NCBI GenBank assembly: GCA_963768985.1 | Contig: CAVYJZ010000004.1 | Location: 1,164,944-1,228,943 of the forward strand | Source: an uncultured delta proteobacterium | GTDB taxonomy: Bacteria; Myxococcota_A; Polyangia; Polyangiales; Houyiibacteriaceae | Reading direction: 5' to 3' | DNA length: 64,000 nt | Part shown: piece after piece, positions 27,500 through 36,896 of the stretch | Layout of the letters: every line of letters begins with the position of its first letter | How positions within the stretch are numbered: the first letter of the stretch is position 1 | Notes under the pieces: model-generated | What the model saw: the letters and a program-made list of their open reading frames with translations, nothing else | Database searches by the model: none | Told to the model about the DNA's origin: nothing | Program-made: the position numbers and the translations under genes

Positions 27500-28866
27500 A
27501 GGGGCGGCACCGGGATCACGCCAGGCGTCCGGCAGGCTCGATCGTCAATAGGCCGCTGGTGGCCATCGTCGGGAGGCCCAACGTCGGCAAGAGCACGCTG
27601 TTCAATCGTCTGGCCGGCCAGCACCTTGCCATCGTCGAGGACATTCCGGGCGTGACGCGCGATCGTCACTACGCGGACGCATTCGCCGTGGGCCGCGAGT
27701 TCGTTTTGATCGACACGGGCGGTTTCGATCCCGATAGCGACGATCCGATGAAGGCCGGAATCACGGGCCAGGTTCGATTGGCGCTCGAAGAGTGCGACGT
27801 AGTCGTGTGCGTCGTCGATGCCGCCGTCGATCCGCTACCGGCAGACCGCGAAGCCGTCGCGCTTCTGCGAGATGCCGGAAAGCCGGTGATTTTCGTCGCC
27901 AACAAGGCGGATTCGCAAGCCAAGGAACAGCACGCGGTGTCCTATTACGAGCTTGGAATTGACTCCATCATGCCGATCTCCGCGCTGCATGGGCGTGGGA
28001 TTGGCGCGTTGGAAGAGGCGATCGCCGATCGGCTGCCCGAGCCGGTCGCGAGCGTCGACCCGGAGTTGGACGTTCCGCGGGTTGCGATCGTCGGGAGGCC
28101 CAACGCCGGCAAATCCTCACTGGTCAACCAGCTATGTGGCGAAGCGCGTCAGTTGGTCGACGACCGTCCGGGGACCACGGTCGACAGCGTCGACACCTTG
28201 GTCGACCGCGACGGGAAGAGGCTCATACTCATCGACACGGCAGGGATTCGCCGAAAGCGGAGCGTGAAGAAGCAAGGCGTCGAAGGCTTGAGCGTCCTCC
28301 AGGCGATCCGGTCGATCGAGCGCAGTCACGTCGTCGTGCTCATGATCGACGCCGATGCCGGCGTGGGCGAGCAAGATGCGAAGATCGCCGGGCTAGCCGA
28401 GGAGCGCGGTAGGGCGCTCGTGATCGCGCTGAACAAGACCGATCTGTTGAACCGTGAAGCCCAGAAGAAGGCGATGGACCGGACCCGCGAGGTCCTGTCG
28501 TTCGTGCCCTGGGCGCCCTTGGTGACCGTGAGTGCGTTGCAGGGAAGAGGCGTCTCGGCACTGCTAGGACGGGTGACCGATGCGGTCGAGGAACACCGAA
28601 AGCGCGTGGGGACCGCAGAAATCAATCGCTTCTTCGAGGAAGTGCTCGACAAGCATCCTCCACCGACCATGCATAACCGCGCTGTCAGACTCTACTACGT
28701 CACGCAAGCGAGCATCGCCCCCCCTACGTTCGTGATCATGACGAACCATCCCGATGACGTGCACTTCAGCTATCGGCGCTACGTCGTGAATCAAATTCGA
28801 GAGCACTTCGGCTTCAAGGGAACTCCCATTCGGGTTCGCTACCGCGGTAAGAAGCGCGGCAAGTAG
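27496..28866 (+). CDS. der: Ribosome-associated GTPase Der (EngA), tandem GTPase domains
   Basis: ORF 27421..28866, with start moved to GTG 27496 (overlaps the era TGA; AAGGAGAA at 27482-89). Two G domains: [16 protein letters not shown] and [16 protein letters not shown]. Confidence 0.93.
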   Translation: MKGRHRDHARRPAGSIVNRPLVAIVGRPNVGKSTLFNRLAGQHLAIVEDIPGVTRDRHYADAFAVGREFVLIDTGGFDPDSDDPMKAGITGQVRLALEECDVVVCVVDAAVDPLPADREAVALLRDAGKPVIFVANKADSQAKEQHAVSYYELGIDSIMPISALHGRGIGALEEAIADRLPEPVASVDPELDVPRVAIVGRPNAGKSSLVNQLCGEARQLVDDRPGTTVDSVDTLVDRDGKRLILIDTAGIRRKRSVKKQGVEGLSVLQAIRSIERSHVVVLMIDADAGVGEQDAKIAGLAEERGRALVIALNKTDLLNREAQKKAMDRTREVLSFVPWAPLVTVSALQGRGVSALLGRVTDAVEEHRKRVGTAEINRFFEEVLDKHPPPTMHNRAVRLYYVTQASIAPPTFVIMTNHPDDVHFSYRRYVVNQIREHFGFKGTPIRVRYRGKKRGK

Positions 28867-29946
28867 CTACACCGGCACCGTTGGCAGCGTGCGACGTTCC
28901 CGGCGAGCCGAAGGATTACCGAGTTGACCGCATGCAGCCATCACACTGCGGCCTTTGGTGATCCGCTGTCGCACGGGTAGGCCCTCGGCGCGCAGCCAGC
29001 CGATGAATCGCTCGATCTCGGCTTCCTCTGGCGCGCGGGTGAGTGGCATGGAACCGGGGTTGTAAGGGATTAGGTTCACCAAAGCGCGGCCCAGGGGCTC
29101 ACAGAACTCCGCCACGGCGTGTGCATCCGCAAGCGTGTCGTTGATTCCAGGTAGCAGACAGTAGTTCACGCCCAAAGCAAAGTTGCGACGCGGTTTGTAC
29201 TCGATCAAGGCAGCCTGGAGCTCGGCGAGCTTGGTGCGTCGGTTGATCGGCATCAGCTCAGCGCGAAGCGAGTCGTTCGCGGCGTTCAAGCTGATCGACA
29301 AATTGATCCGCTTGAGCCCTTGCTGGGCCAGGAGCCGGATTCCCTCGACGTGACCGACGGTGCAGATCGTCAGACGCTCCTGGCCCATGGCCAGGCCGGC
29401 CTCATCGTTCAAGACGCGTACCGCACGAAGCACGTGCTCGAAGTTATCGAGCGCTTCGCCCATCCCCATGAAGACGACGTTGCGAATCGGCCAGCCGAGC
29501 CGGTGCCGTGCGACGAGCAGCTGCGCGATGATCTCGTCGGTCGTGAGCTGTCGAAGCAAACCCATGCGACCGGTTTCACAAAACACACAGCCCATCTTGC
29601 ATCCAACTTGGCTCGATACGCACAACGTGTATCGGCCGTGTCCCATTGGGATGCATACTGACTCCACTTCGAGCCCGTCCGGTAAGCGCAAGACCATCTT
29701 GGAGGTCGCACCCCAATCGTCCTGATCGGAGTGGACGGCGACGAGCTCCGGAAGCTCGAATGAGAACTCCGAACGCCACGCCCGACACGAACCGGGACCC
29801 AACCCGAGGCTTTCCGGATCGAAGCGGCCCTCGAGCATCACCTGCCGATGAATGCGCCGAGCGACCCCGTATCCCGTTGGCAGGTGGGCTCGCGCTCGCT
29901 CCGCCAACTCGGTGCTGGTCAGGCCGTGGATTGCTCGTCGAGTCAT
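28867..29946 (-). CDS. rlmN: 23S rRNA/tRNA adenine-C2 methyltransferase RlmN (radical SAM)
   Basis: 359 aa. Radical-SAM CX3CX2C (GCKMGCVFCETG) and the C-terminal catalytic Cys region MAACGQL. Confidence 0.92.
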   Translation of the reverse strand: MTRRAIHGLTSTELAERARAHLPTGYGVARRIHRQVMLEGRFDPESLGLGPGSCRAWRSEFSFELPELVAVHSDQDDWGATSKMVLRLPDGLEVESVCIPMGHGRYTLCVSSQVGCKMGCVFCETGRMGLLRQLTTDEIIAQLLVARHRLGWPIRNVVFMGMGEALDNFEHVLRAVRVLNDEAGLAMGQERLTICTVGHVEGIRLLAQQGLKRINLSISLNAANDSLRAELMPINRRTKLAELQAALIEYKPRRNFALGVNYCLLPGINDTLADAHAVAEFCEPLGRALVNLIPYNPGSMPLTRAPEEAEIERFIGWLRAEGLPVRQRITKGRSVMAACGQLGNPSARRERRTLPTVPV

Positions 29947-29955
29947 TTGAAAGCG

Positions 29956-30393
29956 TCAATCCTGAACCAGGAGGAAGTGCGCGGTGGCCACCGCGACAGG
30001 GCGCTCGGGGTCGTCCTGGTACGCGGACACGCGCACATTCGCCACCCGGCGTCCGCGACGCGTGAACACCGCGCGTGCAAAAACGTCCTGGGCCCGCGCG
30101 CTACGGAGGTACTCGACCGTAATGTTGATCGTCTTGGGGACCGCGGTGGTCTCGCCTTGCCACAGAAGCTTGAAGATTGCGGTGGACTCCATCAGTGCGC
30201 CGAGTGTGCCACCGTGCAATGCGGGCACCGACGCGTTGCCGACGAGGTGATCGGAGTAGCGCATCCGGCCGGTTACGTCGCCGTCGACCAGCGCGGCGGT
30301 AATGCCCATGAACCGCGCGTACGGTATGGCTTCTTGTAGCGCCGTGAAGTCACCGGTTTCACGAACGGCAACGACCGCATCTCGCAACCTCAC
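29956..30393 (-). CDS. PaaI-family hotdog-fold thioesterase
   Basis: 145 aa, with HLVGNASVPALHGGTLGALMES typical of PaaI/4HBT-type thioesterases. Confidence 0.8.
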   Translation of the reverse strand: MRLRDAVVAVRETGDFTALQEAIPYARFMGITAALVDGDVTGRMRYSDHLVGNASVPALHGGTLGALMESTAIFKLLWQGETTAVPKTINITVEYLRSARAQDVFARAVFTRRGRRVANVRVSAYQDDPERPVAVATAHFLLVQD

Positions 30394-30869
30394 GTGGACT
30401 CTCCATCCTCGTCTCGGCGTCCGTCGTCGCGGAACACGACGAAGGTGCCCGAGGCAGTTGCAATGGGGTTTTCCTCATTGCCGTGGTGCGCGGCGGCGCG
30501 AACGAACGCGACGTGCCGGGTCACCTTGTAACAATGGGCATCACAGATGACCTCCTGATGAGGCAGGGCCGGTCGGACGTAGTCGATCCGCAGGTCCAGC
30601 GTGGCAATACGACGAGGTGCGGCGAGCGACATGACGACCGCGCCGCCACAAGTGGCGTCGATCAAGCTCGTGATACAGCCGCCGTGGAGCACACCGGTCT
30701 CTGGATTGCCGACGAGATCGTCCCGGTACGGAAGGGCAAGGGACAAGTGCTCCGGCCGGTAGTCGACGACTTTCAGATTCAGGGCCCGATTGTGAGGGAC
30801 CGCTCCGACGTAGCGCCCTTCGAGGCGCCTCCGTATTTCATCTTTTTGTGGAAGGAACGAGTCGGGCAT
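30390..30869 (-). CDS. PaaI-family hotdog-fold thioesterase (paralog)
   Basis: 159 aa, with DLVGNPETGVLHGGCITSLIDA. ATGA overlap with the downstream paralog. Confidence 0.8.
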   Translation of the reverse strand: MPDSFLPQKDEIRRRLEGRYVGAVPHNRALNLKVVDYRPEHLSLALPYRDDLVGNPETGVLHGGCITSLIDATCGGAVVMSLAAPRRIATLDLRIDYVRPALPHQEVICDAHCYKVTRHVAFVRAAAHHGNEENPIATASGTFVVFRDDGRRDEDGEST

Positions 30870-30912
30870 TCGTGGAGCTGTAGCAGCCCAAGCCCACTGT
30901 GCTCAAGCCCCG

Positions 30913-31326
30913 TCAGGAGCGGGGCGGCGGTGGCGGTGCGACCTGCTCGACCAACCAGCGCTCTGAGGAGACGAACTCGACCCCTTCGACCCGTTTCGAC
31001 GCGAGAAGGTCGGGGTGATCGGTCAACACCCGTCGCACCCCAGCGGCCTTGGCGAGCGCGACGAGGGCCTTGTCCCAGTCCTCGATGAAAAATTCGTCGG
31101 TGTCGACGAAATCCACGAGTCCGCGAATCGTGCTCATCTGCCGGGCGACAGCTTCGTCCTTGAACTCGGGAAGCGCATGGAGCATCGACTCGATGCGCTC
31201 GACGACCCAGCGCGATGCTTTGGGCCTGGACCGACCTCCGAAAGCGCGACGAACCGCGCGCTCGGGTGGCGAGCCGAGCGCGATCGAGGCGTTGACGTAG
31301 ATGTCCGGTGCCAAGACGATGTCCAT
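30913..31326 (-). CDS. PIN-like domain protein with partly degenerate acidic residues
   Basis: 137 aa. MDIVLAPDIYVNASI... and ...RRVLTDHPDLL align by eye to stand-alone PIN family proteins (VVLDTNVLVSAL ... LVTGDKDLL). The first Asp position reads Ala. Pro-rich tail. Confidence 0.5.
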   Translation of the reverse strand: MDIVLAPDIYVNASIALGSPPERAVRRAFGGRSRPKASRWVVERIESMLHALPEFKDEAVARQMSTIRGLVDFVDTDEFFIEDWDKALVALAKAAGVRRVLTDHPDLLASKRVEGVEFVSSERWLVEQVAPPPPPRS

Positions 31327-31389
31327 GAGGCGAGTCTAACACGGAGCGGAAGCGCTTGACATCGTTCGCGCTGGGCTTACCCGTCCAGC

Positions 31390-32409
31390 ATGAAGGCAGT
31401 CTGGATTCGGAAACACGGGACACCTGATGTTCTCGAAGTGCGGGAGGGCCCAGACCCTGCCGCCGGAGTTGGCGAAGTTCGCATCCGCGTTCGTGCAGCG
31501 GGCATCAACTTCGCAGAGATCATGGCCCGCCAAGGACTCTATCCCGACGCACCACCGCCGCCGATGGTCGTCGGATATGAAGTCTCAGGAGTCATCGACG
31601 AGGTCGGTGATGGCGTCACGGGCAGGAGCGCGGGGCAACGTGTCTTGGCGATGAAGCGATTCGGTGGCTATGCCGATCTGGTGTGTGTCGATGCCGCGCA
31701 AACATACGTGATGCCAGAGCAGATGACGTTCGAGGAGGGTGCGGCGCTTCCAGTGGCTTATCTGACCGCCTACCACATGCTGTTCAACGTGATGCGCGTA
31801 AGGGCGGGCGACCACATCCTGATCCATCAAGCGGCGGGCGGAGTGGGCACCGCTGCGCTTCAGCTCTGTCGATCGGTCGGAGGCGTCACGACTTACGGAA
31901 CGGGGTCTCAGCGAAAGCACCAGTACATGCTGGACAACGGTTGCGATCGTCCGATCGACTATCATTCGGTCGACTACGTGAGAGAGGTGAACGGACTGAC
32001 CGACGGCCGTGGCGTGCACGGAGTCCTCAATGCGGTGGGGGGCGCCGATTGGAAGAAGGACTACTCTTTGCTTCGACCGGGCGGTTTGCTCATATGCTTT
32101 GGCTGGGCGAACATGCTCACTGGCGACAGGCGACGGATGACCCGAGTGCTGAGCCAAGTCGCCCGGGTGCCGTGGTGGACGCCAACGAAGTTGATGAACG
32201 AAAACAAAGGCGTAGCCGGTGTCAACATGGGTCAACTCTGGAATGAAAAAGACCTAGCTTCCGAGGCGTTCACTGCGCTACTCGAGCTCTACCGGCAGGG
32301 CCATGTCAAACCACACGTCGACCGGACGTTTCCCTTCGAGCAGGCGGCAGATGCTCACGCATACATCGAAGCTGGCCAAAACCGAGGGAAGGTCCTACTG
32401 ACGCCATAG
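31390..32409 (+). CDS. Medium-chain (zinc-type) dehydrogenase/quinone oxidoreductase family protein
   Basis: 339 aa, MKAVWIRKHGTPDVLEV..., with Rossmann motif HQAAGGVGTAALQL. VAT-1/QOR-like. Confidence 0.85.
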   Translation: MKAVWIRKHGTPDVLEVREGPDPAAGVGEVRIRVRAAGINFAEIMARQGLYPDAPPPPMVVGYEVSGVIDEVGDGVTGRSAGQRVLAMKRFGGYADLVCVDAAQTYVMPEQMTFEEGAALPVAYLTAYHMLFNVMRVRAGDHILIHQAAGGVGTAALQLCRSVGGVTTYGTGSQRKHQYMLDNGCDRPIDYHSVDYVREVNGLTDGRGVHGVLNAVGGADWKKDYSLLRPGGLLICFGWANMLTGDRRRMTRVLSQVARVPWWTPTKLMNENKGVAGVNMGQLWNEKDLASEAFTALLELYRQGHVKPHVDRTFPFEQAADAHAYIEAGQNRGKVLLTP

Positions 32410-32411
32410 CC

Positions 32412-32894
32412 ATGCCTGTCCGTGTCTGTTTCATTTGTCTCGGGAACATTTGCCGATCGCCGACGGCAGAAGCGACGATGCGCCGCCTGCTCGAAGCAGA
32501 GCGCTTGACGGGAGAGGTCGAGCTCGACAGCGCTGGAACCGGAGACTGGCACGTCGGCTCGCCGCCTGATCGCAGGGCAAAAGCCGCCGCCAGACGCCGG
32601 GGCATCGAGCTAATTGGGCGCGCGCGCCAGGTTGTCGGCAAAGACTTCGAGCGCTTCGACTACCTGATCGCGATGGACCGCTCGAACCGGAGCGACCTCT
32701 TGCGACTCGCTCCCGATGCGACCGGTCAAGCGAAGGTCGAGCTCTTGCGGAACTACGACCCGACCTCTCCCCGCGATACGGATGTGCCGGACCCCTACTA
32801 CGGCGACGGTGATGGATTCGAAACGGTGCTCGACATCTGCGATGCCGCGTGCCGTGGGCTGCTGCACCACATCCGCGAGAACCACCAGCTATGA
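32412..32894 (+). CDS. Low-molecular-weight protein-tyrosine phosphatase
   Basis: 160 aa. P-loop VCFICLGNICRSP (CX5R-S) and the DPYY motif. Confidence 0.92.
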   Translation: MPVRVCFICLGNICRSPTAEATMRRLLEAERLTGEVELDSAGTGDWHVGSPPDRRAKAAARRRGIELIGRARQVVGKDFERFDYLIAMDRSNRSDLLRLAPDATGQAKVELLRNYDPTSPRDTDVPDPYYGDGDGFETVLDICDAACRGLLHHIRENHQL

Positions 32895-33751
32895 GCCCCG
32901 AGCTTCGCAGCGCCCTCGCGAAACGGTTGCGAGCGCCTGTCCTCGAGGCCAAGCCCATCGCCGGGGGCGACATCAATCAAGCGTTCGAGGTCTCGCTCGG
33001 GGACGGGACGCGAGTCTTCGTTAAGACGCACCCCAATCCACCCGGCGCCATGTTCGGCGCGGAGGCGCGCGGACTTCGCTGGCTCGAGGAAGCCGACGCC
33101 ATTCGCATTCCTCGGGTGATCGCCGTGTCGGACGTGCAGCCAGCCTACCTCGCCCTCGAGCTGCTAACGCCTTCCAAGCGGCGAGCGAACTTCGATGAAA
33201 CGCTAGGGGTACGGTTGGCTGCGCTGCATCGATACGGCGCTCCCTCGTTTGGGCTCGATCACGACAACTTCATCGGGCGCCTCGCGCAGTCCAATGCCGT
33301 GGTCGATGATTGGGCGTCGTTCTACTGGACATCGCGTCTAGAGCCGCAGCTTCGTCTCGCTGCGGACCGCGGATTGATCGACGCGTCCACACGCGCGAGC
33401 TTCGAAGCGTTGCGCCTCGCTCTGCCCGAGCGCATCGGTCCCGAGGAGCCTCCATCGCGCCTTCACGGCGACCTGTGGGGAGGCAATCTACACGTCGACG
33501 AATTGGGAGAGCCCTGCCTCATCGATCCAGCGGTGTACGGCGGGTATCGCGAGATCGACCTCGCGATGATGCGTTTGTTCGGTGGTTTCAGCGAGCGCGT
33601 GTTCTCGGCGTACGACGAAGCTTGGCCATTGGCGCCTGGGGCGGCTGAGCGCGTGCCACTTTACCAGCTCTATCCCTTGCTCGTTCACGTGAACCTGTTT
33701 GGTGGCTCGTACGTCAGCCCGGTAAGACGTGCGCTCTGTGCGTGTCTCTAG
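32891..33751 (+). CDS. Fructosamine/ketosamine-3-kinase family protein
   Basis: ORF 32849..33751, with start moved to ATG 32891 (ATGA overlap with the phosphatase gene). Contains LHGDLWGGNL and DPAVYGGYREIDLAM, characteristic of the FN3K family. Confidence 0.85.
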   Translation: MSPELRSALAKRLRAPVLEAKPIAGGDINQAFEVSLGDGTRVFVKTHPNPPGAMFGAEARGLRWLEEADAIRIPRVIAVSDVQPAYLALELLTPSKRRANFDETLGVRLAALHRYGAPSFGLDHDNFIGRLAQSNAVVDDWASFYWTSRLEPQLRLAADRGLIDASTRASFEALRLALPERIGPEEPPSRLHGDLWGGNLHVDELGEPCLIDPAVYGGYREIDLAMMRLFGGFSERVFSAYDEAWPLAPGAAERVPLYQLYPLLVHVNLFGGSYVSPVRRALCACL

Positions 33752-33812
33752 GATACCGTGCAACTCCCGGGTGCTTCTTGACACACCGAGGAGGGAGAGC
33801 CAGAGAGATCGC

Positions 33813-34241
33813 ATGCTCAATTCGGAGGCCGACGCTCGGCGAGTTGACGAAGCTTCAGCATTTCTGTTGATCGACCATGGGAGCCGACGAACCGAAGCGA
33901 ACGCGCTCCTCGATGAGGTGGCGTCGCTGGTGAAGGCCCAACTCGGCCCCGAAGCGGTCGTGGAGGTCGCACACATGGAGATCGCCGAGCCAACCATCGC
34001 CCAGGGATTTGCGCGCTGCGTTGCACGAGGAGCTGTCGCGATCGTAGTGCATCCGTTCATGCTCGCACCGGGCCGGCACGTTACCGAGGACCTTCCGCGC
34101 CTGCTCGCTCAGGCCGCCGCAGCACACGACGGTGTGCGGTTCGTGATTGCAGATCCGCTCGGCAGCCACAGCGGCGTGATCGATGCGGTGATCGAGCGAT
34201 GCCGCGCGGCGCTGCGGGACCGTGAACCCAACAAACCCTAG
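33813..34241 (+). CDS. CbiX-type sirohydrochlorin chelatase (short form)
   Basis: ORF 33729..34241, with start moved to ATG 33813. Contains FLLIDHGSRR...VVEVAHMEIAEPTIAQGF...VHPFMLAPGRHVTEDLP. Confidence 0.8.
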   Translation: MLNSEADARRVDEASAFLLIDHGSRRTEANALLDEVASLVKAQLGPEAVVEVAHMEIAEPTIAQGFARCVARGAVAIVVHPFMLAPGRHVTEDLPRLLAQAAAAHDGVRFVIADPLGSHSGVIDAVIERCRAALRDREPNKP

Positions 34242-35212
34242 GGAATCAGGACGATCTTGCCGCTGGTTCTGCGTGAGCCAAGCGCGGCCAGGGCGGCTGC
34301 TGCGTCCTGCAGCGGATACGTCGCGGAAACCAAAGGCGCGAGCTTGCCATCCGCGTACATACGGAAAATGGCCGCCTGCGCATCCCGAAGCACTTGCGGG
34401 TCCTTCTCGAAGTACAAGCCCCAGTGAAGGCCCACCAACGAAAAGTTCTTGACCAGCACGCGGTTCATCTGAGCCGAGGGAATTCGTCCGCTTGCGAACC
34501 CGACGATCAGAATGCGACCTTCAAATGCGATGCATTTCGTCGACCGGTCGAAGATGTCACCTCCAACCGGATCGTAGATGACGTCCGCGCCACGACCATC
34601 TGTCAGCGCCTGGACGGCTTCGACCCAATCTTCATCTCGGTAGTTGATGACGGCGTGTGCGCCATTTTGCTTCACGAGATCGAGCTTGTCGCTCGAGCCA
34701 GCCGTACCGATCACCCGCGCACCCAAGGCAACTCCGATCTGCACGGCGGAGAGACCGACGCCTCCTGCCGCAGCGTGCACCAAGAGAGTCTCGCCCTTCC
34801 GCAAGCCCACACGGTGCACCAGGCCTACGTACGACGTCTGATAGACGAGGCCGAACGCCGCAGCCTTCTCGAAGGACATCCCAGAGGGCACCGCGAATAC
34901 ACGCTCTTGAGGAGCAGCGACGGTCGAGGCAAATCCCCCGTACTCCAAGAGTGCGCTAACGCGATCGCCCACAGCAAAGCGCTCGACGCCTTCACCGACC
35001 TCGCGGACCGTACCGGCAACCTCAGCGCCCGGTGAGAAAGGGAGCTCAGGCCGCAGTTGGTATTTCCCCTCGGTGATCAAGATGTCGAAGAAATTGCAGC
35101 CCACCGCCTTGACGTCGATGACGACCTGACCCGGACCCGCAGGGACCTCGTCGAGATCCTCTCGCTGCAGAGAGCCAGGGCCATCGAGCTCACGAACGAC
35201 CATCCTGTACAT
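34238..35212 (-). CDS. NADPH:quinone oxidoreductase (MDR family)
   Basis: ORF 34238..35317, with start moved to ATG 35212 (MYRMVVRELDGPGSL). Contains HAAAGGVGLSAVQIG. Confidence 0.88.
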   Translation of the reverse strand: MYRMVVRELDGPGSLQREDLDEVPAGPGQVVIDVKAVGCNFFDILITEGKYQLRPELPFSPGAEVAGTVREVGEGVERFAVGDRVSALLEYGGFASTVAAPQERVFAVPSGMSFEKAAAFGLVYQTSYVGLVHRVGLRKGETLLVHAAAGGVGLSAVQIGVALGARVIGTAGSSDKLDLVKQNGAHAVINYRDEDWVEAVQALTDGRGADVIYDPVGGDIFDRSTKCIAFEGRILIVGFASGRIPSAQMNRVLVKNFSLVGLHWGLYFEKDPQVLRDAQAAIFRMYADGKLAPLVSATYPLQDAAAALAALGSRRTSGKIVLIP

Positions 35213-35293
35213 GGGCCCACAGTTTGCCCGCAAAAACGTCCTGCGACGAGCGAGGCGCGCCCAAAAACCCCTAGTCCCTGGTATAACCGCAGG

Positions 35294-36307
35294 ATGGCTG
35301 GGCCGCCGCAAAAGCATCCCTTACCCGCCGGTGTCTTTCCGGCTCGGGATAGCGAGCGCGCCGAGGACCTCGGCTCGCGCGTTCGCGCGAAGCTGCCGCC
35401 GCCCCTCGCCGAGGAGAGCTCGCGGAGCTGGAGCGCCCCCGCTGAGACCCCTGCGGAGCGCGCACAGGCGCTCGTCGATCAACTCGTGACACTCGGCCCC
35501 AACGGAGTGGCCCCAATCGTGAGACGCCTCCTCCCGCTCGGGAACTTTGCCCTCGAAGAAATGGCCAAGAGGTTCCCGGGACCGCTCTGGCGCCCCTCCC
35601 TCGCTACCGATTCACGCCTGCCGCGGCCGGAGGAGATTTCCGCAATTGGGGCTGCGCTTGCCGTCTTCGAAGGCGAAGCGATTCCCTACCTCGCACGCTT
35701 GATGCGCCAACCGAGCCCGAAGGTCCGGTACTACGCCACCGTCATCTGCGCGGCGTTCCAGAGCACACGACTCATCGAACCGCTCGTGCAAGTGTCGCTA
35801 GACGAAGATCGTGAGTGCCGGCAAGTCGCATTGCATCTCCTCAGCTCCTACCAACACGAGCCCGCGTACCGCGAGTCTTTGTCCGGGCTCCGTCGAAGTG
35901 CATCCGACATCGCTCAGCCGCTCCCACTGAGGCGCCGCGCGATTTCCGCGCTGACCCAGTTGCGCGATGAGGCCTCTGCAGCCCTGTTCGTGAACCTGCT
36001 GGCCGACGCAGATCGGGGTATCGCGACTGCAAGCCGCGTGGGACTAAGGGTGCTCACTGCACACGACTTCGGATTTTCACGAGACCCCTGGCTCCGGTGG
36101 CTGTCGGAGCGAGGCCACGAGATCCGGATTCGATGGTTGATCGAGGGTCTCGGCGACAGCCGACCCAACATTCGCCTGCTGGCAACTCGCGAGCTCTGGC
36201 ACTTGACTCGGCTTCTACAACCACTCTCGGAGACCGCGACCCGGGACGAATTCATCGCCGCTCAACAGTCGTACGAGCGCTGGTGGACTAGGACACACCC
36301 AGACTAG
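35294..36307 (+). CDS. HEAT-repeat protein, paralog of the C-terminal half of the 39348..41351 product
   Basis: ORF 35057..36307, with start moved to ATG 35294. Shared blocks with the other protein: FPGPLW/FPGNLW, IPYL/VPYL, VRYYATV/IRYYATV, ALTQLRD/ALGRLRD, FVNLLAD/FVSLLDA, WLSERGHEIRIRWLIEGL/WLDKHGDQHRVEWLIDSL and YERWW/YRVWW. Confidence 0.75.
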   Translation: MAGPPQKHPLPAGVFPARDSERAEDLGSRVRAKLPPPLAEESSRSWSAPAETPAERAQALVDQLVTLGPNGVAPIVRRLLPLGNFALEEMAKRFPGPLWRPSLATDSRLPRPEEISAIGAALAVFEGEAIPYLARLMRQPSPKVRYYATVICAAFQSTRLIEPLVQVSLDEDRECRQVALHLLSSYQHEPAYRESLSGLRRSASDIAQPLPLRRRAISALTQLRDEASAALFVNLLADADRGIATASRVGLRVLTAHDFGFSRDPWLRWLSERGHEIRIRWLIEGLGDSRPNIRLLATRELWHLTRLLQPLSETATRDEFIAAQQSYERWWTRTHPD

Positions 36308-36892
36308 CTACTCGACCTGCGACGCGCGCAAGGACGTACGCAGGGCATCCATGCCTTCGAAGACCACGGATCGAATGCCGATCTTCCGAGCTGCTTCGCA
36401 ATTGCGAACATGATCATCGACGAACACACACTCGTCCGCCGTTACGTCGAGCTCGCGCAAAACCGCAGCGTAGCATCTGGAATCTGGCTTTCGCAGACCC
36501 GTCTCGCACGAGACAAACGTCCAATCGAGAAAACGAGACAAGCCAAGACGCTCCTCAATCATCCTATACCAAATGGGGTAGTTCGAGAACGCGTGCATGC
36601 TGCATCCCGCTTCGCGAAGCTCCGCGAGCAATGCCTCGGCACCCGGCAGCCATCGGTACGATGCGCGAACGGCTCGGATGAAACCTTCTCGGTCGAAATC
36701 GCGACGATCGTCGAAGAAGCGGTGCAGGAACTCGGTTTCGGTGCATTTGCCCAACTCGAACTCCACCCATGCGTGTGGATGCTTGGCCTCGAGAAGGTCT
36801 TCGAACGTCATCCCGAAAAACTGAGGCATTTCGACGAAGAAGGGATCGTGCACGAGCGTGCCCATGACGTCCCAAAGTACGATTGAGCGCAT
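36308..36892 (-). CDS. HAD-superfamily hydrolase with atypical motif I (DVMGT)
   Basis: 194 aa. Motif I is WDVMGTL, with Met where phosphatases carry the second Asp. Motif II is FSN, motif III is RKPD, motif IV is FVDD. Confidence 0.8.
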   Translation of the reverse strand: MRSIVLWDVMGTLVHDPFFVEMPQFFGMTFEDLLEAKHPHAWVEFELGKCTETEFLHRFFDDRRDFDREGFIRAVRASYRWLPGAEALLAELREAGCSMHAFSNYPIWYRMIEERLGLSRFLDWTFVSCETGLRKPDSRCYAAVLRELDVTADECVFVDDHVRNCEAARKIGIRSVVFEGMDALRTSLRASQVE

Positions 36893-36896
36893 GGTT

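Noticed and set aside
30913-31389. A toxin-antitoxin module around the PIN-like gene.
   Set aside because: No adjacent small antitoxin ORF exists on either side. The 63-nt upstream gap is shared with a divergent dehydrogenase gene. The PIN acidic residues are partly substituted.
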